Positions 45,688-55,715 of a DNA stretch of 64,000 nucleotides are shown in pieces. The translations under genes were made by a program, and so were the position numbers. Origin of the DNA: Acidilobaceae archaeon (lineage in GTDB: Archaea > Thermoproteota > Thermoprotei_A > Sulfolobales > Acidilobaceae); assembly GCA_038897215.1 (NCBI GenBank), contig JAWAWX010000001.1, positions 384,001 through 448,000 of the forward strand. Reading direction: 5' to 3'. Positions within the stretch are counted from its first letter, which is position 1. Each line of letters starts with the position of its first letter. Below the pieces are notes generated by a model that did not search any database, was not told the DNA's origin, and was given only the letters and a program-made list of their open reading frames with translations.

Positions 45688-47593
45688 GATAGACTACAGG
45701 AAGCTGGGCTTGAAGGTGGGGCTCGAGATCCACCAGCAACTAGACGTGGGCGCAAAGCTCTTCTGCAGCTGCCCGAGCACGCTCTCCGATAGCGTGGCTC
45801 AAAGAGTCCCCAGAAGGCTTAGGCCGACGAGGAGCGAGGTGGGAGACGTAGACCCAGCTGCTCTCTTCGAGTGGAGAAGAGGGAGAGTCTACGAGTACGA
45901 GACGGGGGGAGAGTACTCGTGCCTAGTGGAGGCCGACGAGGAGCCTCCCCACGAGCTGAATAGAGAGGCTCTGAAGACCGTGGTATCGGTCGCTCTAGCG
46001 CTTGGCTCGAGAGTAGTCGACGAGGTCTACGTGATGAGGAAGATTGTGATAGACGGGAGCAACACTAGCGGCTTCCAGAGGACAGCGCTGGTAGCTCTAG
46101 GCGGTCAGATAGAGGTGGGAGACAAGATAATCCCCATTGAGACTATATGCTTAGAGGAGGACGCTGCCAGGAAAGTGGACGAGAAGGGGAGAGTGGTCAC
46201 TTACAGACTAGACAGGCTGGGGATACCGCTCATAGAGATCGCTACTGCTCCAGTCATAGAGACCCCAGAGGAGGCAGCTGAAGTAGCTCTAGCTATAGGC
46301 AGGCTACTCAGGCTCACTAGGAGAGTGAAGAGAGGGATAGGCACGATAAGGCAGGACCTCAACGTGAGCATAGCTGGAGGAGCTAAGACGGAGATCAAGG
46401 GGGTGCAGAGGCTCGAGCTCATACCCAAAATCATTAAGAACGAGGTCCAGAGACAGCTCAGCCTCCTCAAGATAAAAGAAGAGCTGGAGAAGAGAGGTCT
46501 GGCTAAGAGCGACCTCTCAGTTGCTCCCGTGGACCTAACGAGCCTCCTCTCGCAGACCAAGAGCGGGGTGATCAGGAGAGCTCTGGAGAGAGGAGGAGTC
46601 GTGCTAGGAGTCAAGCTCCCCAAGATGAGAGGAGTGCTCGGCTGGGAGGTAATGCAGGGGAGGAGGTTTGGGAGCGAGGTAGCCGACTACGTCAGGTTCT
46701 GGTCGGGAGCCTCCGGGATAATACATAGAGACGAGCTCCCAGCCTACGGGATAACGCTGGAGGAGGCTGAGGCTATAGCTAGAGCTCTAGGCTGCGGAGA
46801 AGAGGATGGCTTCATAATAGTAGCCGACCAGAGAGAGGTAGCGCTCAAAGCGATCGAGGTGGCTATCGAGAGAGTCAAGGCTGCGCTCGACGGGGTCCCC
46901 GAGGAGACCAGGATGGCTCTAGACGACGGGACCACCAGGTATATGAGGCCGAGGCCGGGAGCTGCTAGAATGTACCCTGAGACAGACATACCCCCCGTGC
47001 CTGTAACTAGAGAGCTCCTTGAGGAAGCCGAGAAGATCAAGCCAGAGCCTCTCAAGGCCAAGTTGCAGAGACTCGTAGAGAAGCACGGGCTCTCGAGAGA
47101 GCTCGCTCTAGAAGTGCTGAGAGACCTGAGGCTAGACCTAATCGAGGAGATGATAGAGAGATACGGGGAGAAAGTGCCCCCCAAGACGATAGCGTCTCTA
47201 TTCGTGGTCGTCTTGAGAGGATTGAAGAGCAAGGGCTTGGATGTCGAGACTGTGAGCGACGAGGTGCTAAGAGAAGTGGTTGAGATGCTAGCCGAGGGGT
47301 CTATAGCTAAGGAGGCGGTAGAGAGGATCCTAGAGGAGGCAGCGAGAAGCCCCGGGGTCTCAGCTAGAGAGATAGCGAGAAAGCTCGGACTGACGGCTCT
47401 CACTGTCGAGGAGGCTGAAGCCATAGTGGACTCTATAGTGAGAGAGTATAGAGAAGAAGTGGCTAAGAGAGGGCAGAGAGCAGTAGGCTTCATCATGGGT
47501 AAAGCGATGGAGAAGCTGAGAGGGAGGATTGACGGCAAGGTGGTAGCGGAGATAGTGAACAGGAAGGTTGAGGAAGCGCTGAGAGGAGGCTAG
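45680..47593 (+). CDS. gatE: Glu-tRNA(Gln) amidotransferase subunit E
   Basis: GLKVGLEIHQQL, DGSNTSGFQRT, IRQDLNVSI, RMYPETD. Confidence 0.98.
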   Translation: MSEIDYRKLGLKVGLEIHQQLDVGAKLFCSCPSTLSDSVAQRVPRRLRPTRSEVGDVDPAALFEWRRGRVYEYETGGEYSCLVEADEEPPHELNREALKTVVSVALALGSRVVDEVYVMRKIVIDGSNTSGFQRTALVALGGQIEVGDKIIPIETICLEEDAARKVDEKGRVVTYRLDRLGIPLIEIATAPVIETPEEAAEVALAIGRLLRLTRRVKRGIGTIRQDLNVSIAGGAKTEIKGVQRLELIPKIIKNEVQRQLSLLKIKEELEKRGLAKSDLSVAPVDLTSLLSQTKSGVIRRALERGGVVLGVKLPKMRGVLGWEVMQGRRFGSEVADYVRFWSGASGIIHRDELPAYGITLEEAEAIARALGCGEEDGFIIVADQREVALKAIEVAIERVKAALDGVPEETRMALDDGTTRYMRPRPGAARMYPETDIPPVPVTRELLEEAEKIKPEPLKAKLQRLVEKHGLSRELALEVLRDLRLDLIEEMIERYGEKVPPKTIASLFVVVLRGLKSKGLDVETVSDEVLREVVEMLAEGSIAKEAVERILEEAARSPGVSAREIARKLGLTALTVEEAEAIVDSIVREYREEVAKRGQRAVGFIMGKAMEKLRGRIDGKVVAEIVNRKVEEALRGG

Positions 47594-47637
47594 ACTGGCT
47601 GAGACCAGCTTAATAGCCTCTGTGAGAGAACCGTAGA

Positions 47638-47693
47638 GTGGTGATGACTACTCCCGACTGCGAAGAGATGAGCGGAAGGCATTTAGCTGAAGA
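47638..47693 (+). ncRNA. Box C/D guide sRNA (first of a tandem pair)
   Basis: TTAATA at about 47610, C GTGATGA 47641, degenerate D' (CTGC/GCGA) at about 47658-47663, C' GAGATGA 47665, D CTGA 47687. Guide AAGGCATTT is antisense to 23S AAAUGCCUU. Confidence 0.8.
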
Positions 47694-47706
47694 GCTAGAT
47701 AGAGCT

Positions 47707-47765
47707 GAGGGGATGAGGAAGCCGTCCCAATATGAGTGGTGACTGAATCACGACGGGCTGACCTC
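47707..47765 (+). ncRNA. Box C/D guide sRNA (second of a tandem pair)
   Basis: C ATGAGGA 47713, D' ATGA 47732, C' GTGGTGA 47736, D CTGA 47758, GAGG/CCTC terminal stem. Guide TCACGACGG is antisense to 23S CCGUCGUGA. Confidence 0.8.
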
Positions 47766-47767
47766 TC

Positions 47768-48328
47768 CTAGCTCTTGCTCAAGACGAGCGAGCCAACCTT
47801 GTAGAAGGCTCTACCAGAGCCGTGTAGGATAAGGTCGGCTTGTGGTAGCCTCCAACCCCATCTGCTCCACAGCTCTGAGCGCACGTGAGCCGCTATCACC
47901 TCGAGTAGGTAGAGCCGCGATTCGCCCGCGTCTACGCTGTCTCTGACTCTGACCTCCATGTAGCCTAGAGCATCAGCCCAGTGGGGAGCCGAGACGCTAG
48001 GAGAGTCTTCTAGGCTGAGCTTGAGCTGAGACACTTTATCGGTCTCTCTGCCTGAGACTGAGCCGGCTTTGTAGACGATATCTGCGTGCTCTGCTCTAGG
48101 TATGTTTAGAGTGGCCTCGAGGCTGTACTCTAGGCACTCTATCGTGTAGTTCTGCTTGTAGACAGCTACAGCGACTAGAGGAGGCTCCTCGGAGACCGGG
48201 GTTATCCAGGAAGCCGGCATAGCGTTGACTCTACCCCCCGGGCATCGAGCCACTATTAGAGCTAGGGGTCTCGGATGGAGCATCAGGTAGAAGCGTGAAG
48301 TATCCTCTAGTCTCTCGAAGCGAGGCAC
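47768..48328 (-). CDS. Flavin reductase family protein
   Basis: HPRP, NAMPASWITPVS..PP, GSVSGRETDK. Confidence 0.9.
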   Translation of the reverse strand: MPRFERLEDTSRFYLMLHPRPLALIVARCPGGRVNAMPASWITPVSEEPPLVAVAVYKQNYTIECLEYSLEATLNIPRAEHADIVYKAGSVSGRETDKVSQLKLSLEDSPSVSAPHWADALGYMEVRVRDSVDAGESRLYLLEVIAAHVRSELWSRWGWRLPQADLILHGSGRAFYKVGSLVLSKS

Positions 48329-48349
48329 GAGGCTACACCAGTGCTATGC

Positions 48350-50362
48350 TTAGAGCTGAGGGCTCTTCTCTCCTCCTCTAGCTCTCTTCTCCGACTCTCT
48401 CGCAACCAGCCTCCTGTAGTCCTCTATTATCCTCTCTATGTCTGGCTTCTCTCTGCTCTTCTCTAGCTTGAGCTTCTCCTCAGCACACCTGCTGTAGACG
48501 GTCTTGGAGAGGAAGAGGAGACTCTTGTACTCGGCTACCTCAACATCCTCTCTCCTCACAACGGGGACTCCGTGCCTGGCTAGAGCTCTAGCTAGGGGGC
48601 TCTCGAGGTCTCTGTCTCTGAGCACGAAGCACTCCACGCCTGCTCTAACGGCTTCTCTTATAGCCTGCTCCTCGAACGTGCCCGGGTTCTTGACCGTCAC
48701 TATCTTGAACCCCTGGGCTTCTCTAAGCGAGCTGAGGGTTGCTGAGGGCAGGACTGCCGCTACCGCAACCTCTCCTCTCGCTACTCTCTCTGCTAGGTCT
48801 TCGAGTACGCGCTTCTCCGCGAGGAGGGCCTCGAGCTCTCCTCTCAGTCTCTCGGCTTCTCTCTCGAGCTCTCTGACTCGAGAGCGTAGAGCCTCTATCT
48901 CGCTGTCTCTGAGTAGCTCTATCTTCACTGCTTGTTGCTGAGCTCTAAGCGCGCTCTCTAGCTCTCTCACCCTCTCTTCTAGAGCTGAGACTTGGGCCTC
49001 GAGGACTCTGTTTCTCTCCTTCAGCTCCTCTATCTTGACTATGTAGTAGCTGACGTCTGCCTCCTGCTTCTTCTCTCTGACCCCTTCGGCTACTCTAGCT
49101 TCTCTGAGAGCTTCTTCTTCTAGAGCCTTCTCTATGATCTTCTCGAGAGCGTCTGCTACGCTAGCTCCCCTCAAGACCTCTCTCTTAGCCTCGCTTAGGT
49201 CCACGTCTAGAGAGAGTCGTGAAGCGATCTTCTCTACTTTCCTCAAGCGAGACGTCATTACTCTATGGGCTCTTATCGCTGCCGCTAGAGCGTCTCTCTC
49301 GTGGGTATTGGAGACTAGATGTGAGTAGCTCTCAGTCAGGTAGTGTTTCTCCGATACGCTCAAGTCGTGAGGTGGAGTGTAGAGGTGGGCTCCTAGCTGA
49401 GCAGCGAGCTTCTTCACTGCCTCAGCTGGCTCAGCCACGTCTGCTGCCACGACTACAGGCTTGCCGTAGCCTAGCACTAGGTCTATAACGCTACCTCTAT
49501 CCATGTGTCTCCCGCTACCGACGTAGAGGACTTCGCCGGAGACAGCGTCTAGCACAGCTAGCCCAAGGGTTACCCCGGGGTCTACTCCCACTATGAGGAG
49601 TCTCTCGCTGACCTCTCTAGACTTGGGTAACGCTATCTTGCTCTTGACCACTGGCTTGACTCTAATCGAGACCTCGGGCGAGCCTACTCTAGGTAGAGCC
49701 TCGCGGACAACTCTATGTGGAGCGTAGACAGTGAAGACTGCTGACTCGAGCCCTCCTCTGCTCTCTCTATAGCTGTAGTCGTAGTCGAGACCAGCTCTGT
49801 CTAGAGCTTCTCTCACAGCTCTAGCTACAGCCTGGACCTCTGCTCGGACCCTCCTCTGGTACCTCTGCTGGCTCCAGCCCCCCTTGCTTCCAGACCTCTT
49901 CCCCGAGACGTGGACTACTGTTCTCTCCTCCACGACCCTGACGTCTGTCCCGTAGCCTTTGCACGAGAGGAGAGCTAGCACGAAGGCTGTCTTGGATGGC
50001 GTGAGCTTAGAGTAGTCCTCGAGTAGCCCGGCTTCTCTAGCGACTTGCTTCAAGTTCTTCAGCCCATCTTGAGTCATAGTTACCTGAACTACTCTAGTCT
50101 CTGGAGGGAGTATCGCGAATACTTTCAAGAGCTTCTTCTCGCTATCAGCAAGCTCGAAGACGTTGTCTAGAGCTACGACTGATGGTTTGAGCTCCCAGAC
50201 TAGTCTAATCAATCGAGGTAGAGTGACGCTCTCGCTCTTGTAGACTACTCTGCTCGACTCGTCTACCACCATGACTGAGTAGAGCGCTCTCCCACTCGGA
50301 GACCCAGACTCTATGTCTACACCCATGCAGAGCAAGCTATCGCTAGATCTCGTGAATCTCAC
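48350..50362 (-). CDS. DUF460 family protein (RNase H-fold plus coiled coil)
   Basis: MGVDI, ALDNVFEL, GGWSQQRY, IVGVDPG, HERDALAAA, long coiled coil. Confidence 0.88.
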   Translation of the reverse strand: MRFTRSSDSLLCMGVDIESGSPSGRALYSVMVVDESSRVVYKSESVTLPRLIRLVWELKPSVVALDNVFELADSEKKLLKVFAILPPETRVVQVTMTQDGLKNLKQVAREAGLLEDYSKLTPSKTAFVLALLSCKGYGTDVRVVEERTVVHVSGKRSGSKGGWSQQRYQRRVRAEVQAVARAVREALDRAGLDYDYSYRESRGGLESAVFTVYAPHRVVREALPRVGSPEVSIRVKPVVKSKIALPKSREVSERLLIVGVDPGVTLGLAVLDAVSGEVLYVGSGRHMDRGSVIDLVLGYGKPVVVAADVAEPAEAVKKLAAQLGAHLYTPPHDLSVSEKHYLTESYSHLVSNTHERDALAAAIRAHRVMTSRLRKVEKIASRLSLDVDLSEAKREVLRGASVADALEKIIEKALEEEALREARVAEGVREKKQEADVSYYIVKIEELKERNRVLEAQVSALEERVRELESALRAQQQAVKIELLRDSEIEALRSRVRELEREAERLRGELEALLAEKRVLEDLAERVARGEVAVAAVLPSATLSSLREAQGFKIVTVKNPGTFEEQAIREAVRAGVECFVLRDRDLESPLARALARHGVPVVRREDVEVAEYKSLLFLSKTVYSRCAEEKLKLEKSREKPDIERIIEDYRRLVARESEKRARGGEKSPQL

Positions 50363-51245
50363 CCTTCACGTATCTCAGAACTCTCTCTTGGTCGAGAGTA
50401 AGACCCCATCTGCTCCTAAAATATCTTACGATATAGCTCGCGTCTCTCCGGAGGAGGCTCTCAGCGCTAGGCTCGTCTCTGTAGACGTACTGAGGCCAGT
50501 CTATCACGTAGGCTTCCGAGGATTCCAGCACGGCTAGGACGTTGTACTCGCTCAAGTCTCCATGAACTATCCCTACTCTAGTGTAGGCTATTCTAATGGT
50601 CTCCACGACTGTTCTCGCTAGCTTCTCTGCATCGACCTCGACGAGGCCTGGCTTGAGCTTGTATAACTCGACTCCCGGGATGTACTCCTGGACTACAGCG
50701 TGTCTATTGTAGGCGATGCCGTCGGGGACTCTGGCTCCCTCCTTCTTCAAGACTACTAGAGCCTTGAACTCACGCTCAGCAGATAGCTTAGCTAGCTCGA
50801 CGAAGTCTCCGAGCACTTCGCTAGCATAGCTCCTGTAGACTCTAATCCTCCTGAAGCCTCTTACTCCACCTCTATGGAGCTTGAGCACGAGAGGCTCTCC
50901 GCTTGGCGCGTAGGCTAGATAGGCCGTCCCCTCCTTGCCTACCCCGATCCTCTCTCCTAGAGTTGCTACTACCCCCCGAGACCTCAGATTGTCTAGAGCC
51001 AGGATGTCGAGCCCCCTGAAGGTTAGAGCGTAGCTGAGCTCTGGCGTAGACGCTCTCTCGACGAGCTTGAGTGAGAGAAGCCTTGAGAGAGCTCGTGCAA
51101 GCCTGCCTGGAGGCATGCCGGTCTTCTTCTCCAACACTTCTAGAGGCACATGCCTACGTCTTCTCGATAGCTCCTCTATAGCTCTGAGTACTCTCAGCTC
51201 GCCTCCGTCTAGAGACTCGAGTATAGCCCAGAGCGAGCCGGGCAC
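50343..51245 (-). CDS. rio2: RIO2 family serine/threonine kinase
   Basis: N-terminal wHTH, IGVGKE, AEREF, HGDLSEYNV, IDWPQ. Confidence 0.93.
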   Translation of the reverse strand: MPGSLWAILESLDGGELRVLRAIEELSRRRRHVPLEVLEKKTGMPPGRLARALSRLLSLKLVERASTPELSYALTFRGLDILALDNLRSRGVVATLGERIGVGKEGTAYLAYAPSGEPLVLKLHRGGVRGFRRIRVYRSYASEVLGDFVELAKLSAEREFKALVVLKKEGARVPDGIAYNRHAVVQEYIPGVELYKLKPGLVEVDAEKLARTVVETIRIAYTRVGIVHGDLSEYNVLAVLESSEAYVIDWPQYVYRDEPSAESLLRRDASYIVRYFRSRWGLTLDQERVLRYVKGEIHEI

Positions 51246-51386
51246 CCGTGTCTACAGAGAGTCTAGCAACCCGTATAGAGTAAACCGTAGAGCGCTACCC
51301 TCGAGAGTCTAGAGCGCGGGTTTAGAGCCGGTTTGAAGTATAAATTTTTAAGCTAAACTCCTCTTACTAGAAGCGGGAGAGCTACA

Positions 51387-51755
51387 GTGGAGCATACAGA
51401 GAGCATTATCCCGGAGAAGGAGGGGATCGTGGAGGTCGAGGATGAGGAGGGAGTGACGCTCTACGTTAGAGGCAGCAGGTACATAGCTAGAGTAGCATCG
51501 ACTCTAGGCAGCGAGACTAGAGCTAGGATAATAGAGCTCCTCTTCGAAGGACCCAGAGACCTAGACGATATAGCGGCTGAGCTGAGACAAAGCAAAGCCA
51601 ATATAAGCAATCAGGTGAAGAGACTCGAGGACCTTGGTCTCGTCTCGAGCTCGTACCACGCGGGCGAGAGAGGAGTCAGGAAGGTGGTGAAGCCTAGAGT
51701 CAGGAGAGTAGTTATAGAGCTCGCTCCGCCATCGCGTCAATACTCGCCACAGTAG
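51387..51755 (+). CDS. ArsR-type HTH regulator
   Basis: LGSETRARIIELL, QSKANISNQVKRLEDLGLV, GERGVRK. Confidence 0.88.
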   Translation: MEHTESIIPEKEGIVEVEDEEGVTLYVRGSRYIARVASTLGSETRARIIELLFEGPRDLDDIAAELRQSKANISNQVKRLEDLGLVSSSYHAGERGVRKVVKPRVRRVVIELAPPSRQYSPQ

Positions 51756-51816
51756 AGAGAGCCGGGGCTAGGGGAAGAAGAGATAGCGTGAGAGAGCAAG
51801 CCTCTAGCCGCTCAGG

Positions 51817-53430
51817 CTAGAGCTTTCTAGCTGCTACTGCTAGGAATAGCGTGAAGAGAGGAGAAGGCTTTAGAGGTCTACTCTTGAACTCAGGGTGTGC
51901 TTGTATCCCTAGGTAGAATGGGTGCGTTTTCTCCGGGAGCTCTACTATCTCGGCTAGCTTGTTTCTCGAGACACCGCTTATGGAGAGACCAGCGTTCTCC
52001 AAGGCGTCGACATACTTGGGGTTGACCTCGTACCTATGCCTATGCCTCTCATAGACTACCTCTGCTCTATAGGCTCTCCAGGCTAGAGTGCCGGGCTTGA
52101 TCTCGATAGGCTGAGAGCCGAGCCTCATAGTGCCTCCTAGCATCGTCACCCCAACCTGCTCTGGTAGCAGGTCTACTACGGGGTGGGGCGTCGTCGGGTC
52201 TATCTCCGTGGTGTTTGCTCCAGCTAGCCCTACAGCGTTTCTAGCGTACTCTACTACCATTAGCTGCATCCCGAAGCATATGCCTAGAGTAGGGGTCTTC
52301 TCTTCTCTCAGGAAGCGTAGAGCTCTAATCTTGCCCTCTGCTCCCCTGACCCCAAAGCCTGGCAGGACTACTGCCCCATCTACCTCTCCTAGCTCCTCCT
52401 CCACGTCTACCTCCCCTAGCTCTATGTCCGTAGACTCTATCCACTCGAAGACAGGCTTGAGCCCCAGGTGGGCTGCCGAGTGCTTTACGGCCTCGACTAT
52501 GCTTATGTAAGCGTCTCTAAGCTTAGTGTACTTGCCTATCATCGCTATCCGCACGGGCTCGCTGGCTGAGACGAGCTTCTCCACGAAGCTCCTCCACTCG
52601 TCGAGCTTGGGCTTCGAGGGGGGTAGTCCCAGCCTCCGGGAGACTAGCTCGCCTACTCCCTGCTCTTCTAGTATGAGGGGTACTCTGTATGTGGTGTCTA
52701 CGTCGTAGCTGTTGAATACGTGGCTTTCGGGGAGTGTAGCGTGGAGAGCTATCTTCCTACGAGCTTCAGCGTCTATAGGCTTCTGGGACCTGACTATGAT
52801 TATATCGGGCTGGATCCCGATCCTCCTAAGCTCTTGAACGCTGTGCTGGACCGTCTTCGTCTTGATCTCCCCAGTCGTCGAGAGGAGCGGGGCTAGAGCT
52901 ACGTGGATGAAGAGAGTGTTCTCGAATCCCTCCTCTAGCCTCATCTGCCTAGCTGCTTCGAGGAAGGGCAGTCCCTCAATGTCCCCGACTGTGCCCCCGA
53001 TCTCGACTACCGCTATCTCTGCTCCCGATTCTCTAACGACCTCCTTTATCCTAGCCTTGATCTCATCAGTCACGTGGGGGATTATCTGGACTGTCTGCCC
53101 TAGGTAGGCGCCCTCTCTCTCCTTCGATATGACGCTCAGGTAGATCTGCCCCGTCGTAATGTTGTGCTTCTTAGTCAGGTTAGCGTGCAGGAATCTCTCG
53201 TAGTGCCCCAAGTCTAGGTCCGTCTCTCCCCCGTCTTCTGTCACGAAGACTTCTCCGTGAGCATAGGGGCTCATGGTTCCAGCGTCTACGTTTATGTAGG
53301 GGTCTATCTTGACGGCTGTTACGCTGAAGCCTCGCGAAGCCATCAGCATAGCCACGCTAGCCGCTACCGTCCCCTTGCCTACACTCGAGAGCACGCCGCC
53401 CGTGATGAAAATGTACTTAACGGCAGCCAC
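51817..53430 (-). CDS. pyrG: CTP synthase
   Basis: [53 protein letters not shown]. Confidence 0.98.
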   Translation of the reverse strand: MAAVKYIFITGGVLSSVGKGTVAASVAMLMASRGFSVTAVKIDPYINVDAGTMSPYAHGEVFVTEDGGETDLDLGHYERFLHANLTKKHNITTGQIYLSVISKEREGAYLGQTVQIIPHVTDEIKARIKEVVRESGAEIAVVEIGGTVGDIEGLPFLEAARQMRLEEGFENTLFIHVALAPLLSTTGEIKTKTVQHSVQELRRIGIQPDIIIVRSQKPIDAEARRKIALHATLPESHVFNSYDVDTTYRVPLILEEQGVGELVSRRLGLPPSKPKLDEWRSFVEKLVSASEPVRIAMIGKYTKLRDAYISIVEAVKHSAAHLGLKPVFEWIESTDIELGEVDVEEELGEVDGAVVLPGFGVRGAEGKIRALRFLREEKTPTLGICFGMQLMVVEYARNAVGLAGANTTEIDPTTPHPVVDLLPEQVGVTMLGGTMRLGSQPIEIKPGTLAWRAYRAEVVYERHRHRYEVNPKYVDALENAGLSISGVSRNKLAEIVELPEKTHPFYLGIQAHPEFKSRPLKPSPLFTLFLAVAARKL

Positions 53431-53533
53431 AGAGCCCGCTCTAAGAGATCCCGGGGAGAGCCTATTAGGGGCTCTCTCGCTAGAAGAGCCTCCTGCTTAA
53501 GAGCCTCGGGTCTAGACTGGTATGAATGGCTCT

Positions 53534-53589
53534 GGGATGATGTGATTGGCCTTTGATGAGCATCGTGATTAGTAACGCCCAGCTGACCT
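53534..53589 (+). ncRNA. Box C/D guide sRNA overlapping the 3' end of a convergent gene
   Basis: C ATGATGT 53537, D' ATGA 53556, C' ATCGTGA 53562, D CTGA 53583. Guide GATTGGCCTTT is antisense to 23S AAAGGCCAAUC (11 nt). Confidence 0.8.
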
Positions 53590-54231
53590 CCGGAGCCTGC
53601 TGAGGAACGGGTTGTGGGAGAGCTCAGCGGCCATGAAGGTGGAGGGACCGTGCCCCGGGTATACTCTATGGTCTGGCGGGATCGACTCAGCGATTTTCGA
53701 GAGAGTCTCCTCCATAGCGTGGGGGTCGGAGCCAGGCAAGTCTACTCTGCCCACAGACCCCTTGAATAGCACGTCGCCAGTGAACGCTAGCCTAGAGCCT
53801 ACCAGCACTATGCTACCAGGGCTGTGCCCCGGGGCTTCTAGAACTCTGAGCTCCACATCGCCTACTCTAATCGAGTCCCCCTCGCTGACTAGAGTAGAGG
53901 GGTCTACGCCGAGAGGGGGGAAGAGAGGCTCCTCTACTCCCTCTAGCCTCACCTCAGCCAGCCTCAGTGCAGCGTAGTACTCTACTCTTCCCACAACCAC
54001 GTCCGCTCCAGTGGCTCCAGCTAGCTCTGAGACTCCTAGAGTGTGGTCGAAGTGCATGTGGGTTAATACTATGGCTCTGAGCTCTGCCCCCGCTACTCTA
54101 AGCCTATCGAGCACTACGCGAACCACACCGGGCCAGCCGGGGTCTACGACTACCGCCTCTCCTCCCGAGACTAGTATGTAGCAGTTGGTCGCGAGAGAGC
54201 CTCCTCTAACGACCTCTACGAGAGCCCCCAA
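53569..54231 (-). CDS. MBL-fold metallohydrolase (glyoxalase II-like)
   Basis: THMHFDH, PGHSPG, TGDVLF, GRVDLPG, PGHG. Confidence 0.93.
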   Translation of the reverse strand: MGALVEVVRGGSLATNCYILVSGGEAVVVDPGWPGVVRVVLDRLRVAGAELRAIVLTHMHFDHTLGVSELAGATGADVVVGRVEYYAALRLAEVRLEGVEEPLFPPLGVDPSTLVSEGDSIRVGDVELRVLEAPGHSPGSIVLVGSRLAFTGDVLFKGSVGRVDLPGSDPHAMEETLSKIAESIPPDHRVYPGHGPSTFMAAELSHNPFLSRLRRSAGRY

Positions 54232-54280
54232 GAGAGCCTCCCGCTCTTCTTTCGAGATGTTGAAGCTAAATGCTGTAATG

Positions 54281-55264
54281 CTAGCCTTCTAGCCAGACGC
54301 TACTCCCGGAGTCTCCGGGCTCCAGGATTCTCGTTGTCAGCACGACGTCAGTGAAGAGAGCAGACCAGCCGCCGAAGCCGACCGCGATCGTCGCGGAGGA
54401 GTCTAGAACTCTGCCTCTCGTGACGCAACTAGTCCTCCCCGTCTTGACTACTCTATCCCCCTCTCTAGCATCCACGGGAGCAGCGTCCACGGGCTTGTAC
54501 CCGAGCCCGGCTATCCTGCTAGACTTGCAGACTAAGCTGACTGTATCAGAGCCCGCGAACCCCAGGCCTGCGAGTCTGCCGGTGACGTCCATGTCTACAG
54601 CTCTCTTCTCGACATCGACTAGAGGCTTCGCTACAGCGAAGTCTACAGTGTTAACCGCCTCAACTACCGCTCTGAGCCTTGTCTTCGCTCCAGTGAGTTC
54701 AGCTAGAGTGTTGTAGACCCATGCTATAGCTCTAGCAACTAGACACTGGCTTGGAGCAAGCCAGGGGGCTATCCTCTCGTGCCACACGTAGACAGCGACT
54801 CTGTCGTCTAGCGTGCCCCCATCATGCCTCCCTGGTTGCACTATGTCTCTCACCTTGACCTCCTCGGGTCTCAGCCTCGGGTCTCCCACGAATACGTGAG
54901 CGTTGGAGCCTAGGAGGAGCTCTCCACGCTTATCCTCGAAGAACCATCCCAGAGTGCCTGCTGTGACCTCGATGCTCCCTATAGACACGCCCGCTACCAG
55001 TGGCCTGAACCTAGCCCTCTTGTCCACGCTGAGAGCTCTAACCTCCCCTATCTCCACGACGTCTGTCGGAACGCCCCCCACCTCTCTCGGTATGACCTCG
55101 TGTGGTCTAAGCTGGTCGACTGGAAGCTTCCTCGAGACGTAGACCCTCAGGCAGAGCTCTCCAGGGTCTTCTCTGCCCCTCTTGATTCTAGGCATTAGCT
55201 TATTGCTGACCCCCACGACGTTCGGATACTCTGATAGCATAGACCAGAGTCTGAGAGCCTCCAC
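54281..55264 (-). CDS. Nal1-like trypsin-fold serine protease
   Basis: N-domain PNVVG...VYVSRK...IPREVGGVPTDVVE, then RPLVAGVSIG, AGTLG, SNAHV (His), QPG..DGG, VDFAVA (Asp), KTGRTS, PGDSGS (Ser). No signal peptide. Confidence 0.85.
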   Translation of the reverse strand: MEALRLWSMLSEYPNVVGVSNKLMPRIKRGREDPGELCLRVYVSRKLPVDQLRPHEVIPREVGGVPTDVVEIGEVRALSVDKRARFRPLVAGVSIGSIEVTAGTLGWFFEDKRGELLLGSNAHVFVGDPRLRPEEVKVRDIVQPGRHDGGTLDDRVAVYVWHERIAPWLAPSQCLVARAIAWVYNTLAELTGAKTRLRAVVEAVNTVDFAVAKPLVDVEKRAVDMDVTGRLAGLGFAGSDTVSLVCKSSRIAGLGYKPVDAAPVDAREGDRVVKTGRTSCVTRGRVLDSSATIAVGFGGWSALFTDVVLTTRILEPGDSGSSVWLEG

Positions 55265-55406
55265 GCTCTCCCCCCACTAGGCGATAGTTTACTGAATCGA
55301 GTTGAAATAGCTCGAGTGTTGCTCGCGCTCGAGAGCTACGTGGTGCCTGCTTATAACCGCCTATTTTTCGAGATCGACGCTTAGAGGAGAGGGTGCAGTC
55401 TATACA

Positions 55407-55715
55407 ATGCACTCCTGTCATGATCTAGGCATAGATACCGATATCAGAGTCAAGGTCTGCAAGATGATAGAAGAGGTCCTAAGGGAGATCGACGGGTATA
55501 TCGACGAGTGCTTTGGTAAACGCAACCCCCTCGAGGCCATGGAGGTCAGAAAGAGGAGAGAGTTTAGAGTAGCGGCCGCGCACCTGGTTAGAGCGAGCTG
55601 GTATCTCGGCTGCCTCCCGGAGCAGATTAAGAGTAGCTCGATGCTGGCTGAGATAGTGTGGGAAGAGTTTCTGGAAGAGAGGCTGGAGAGGATAAGGAGG
55701 GGGATTGTTGAGTGA
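55407..55715 (+). CDS. Hypothetical alpha-helical protein
   Basis: 102-aa ORF, TTATAA upstream, GAGGAGAGG RBS. Its stop overlaps the next start (GTGA). Confidence 0.7.
   Translation: MHSCHDLGIDTDIRVKVCKMIEEVLREIDGYIDECFGKRNPLEAMEVRKRREFRVAAAHLVRASWYLGCLPEQIKSSSMLAEIVWEEFLEERLERIRRGIVE

Noticed and set aside
46744-47538. 264-aa minus-strand ORF, and many similar Ser/Leu-rich antisense ORFs in the track
   Set aside because: These are shadows of well-supported genes on the opposite strand (here gatE) with no motifs of their own.
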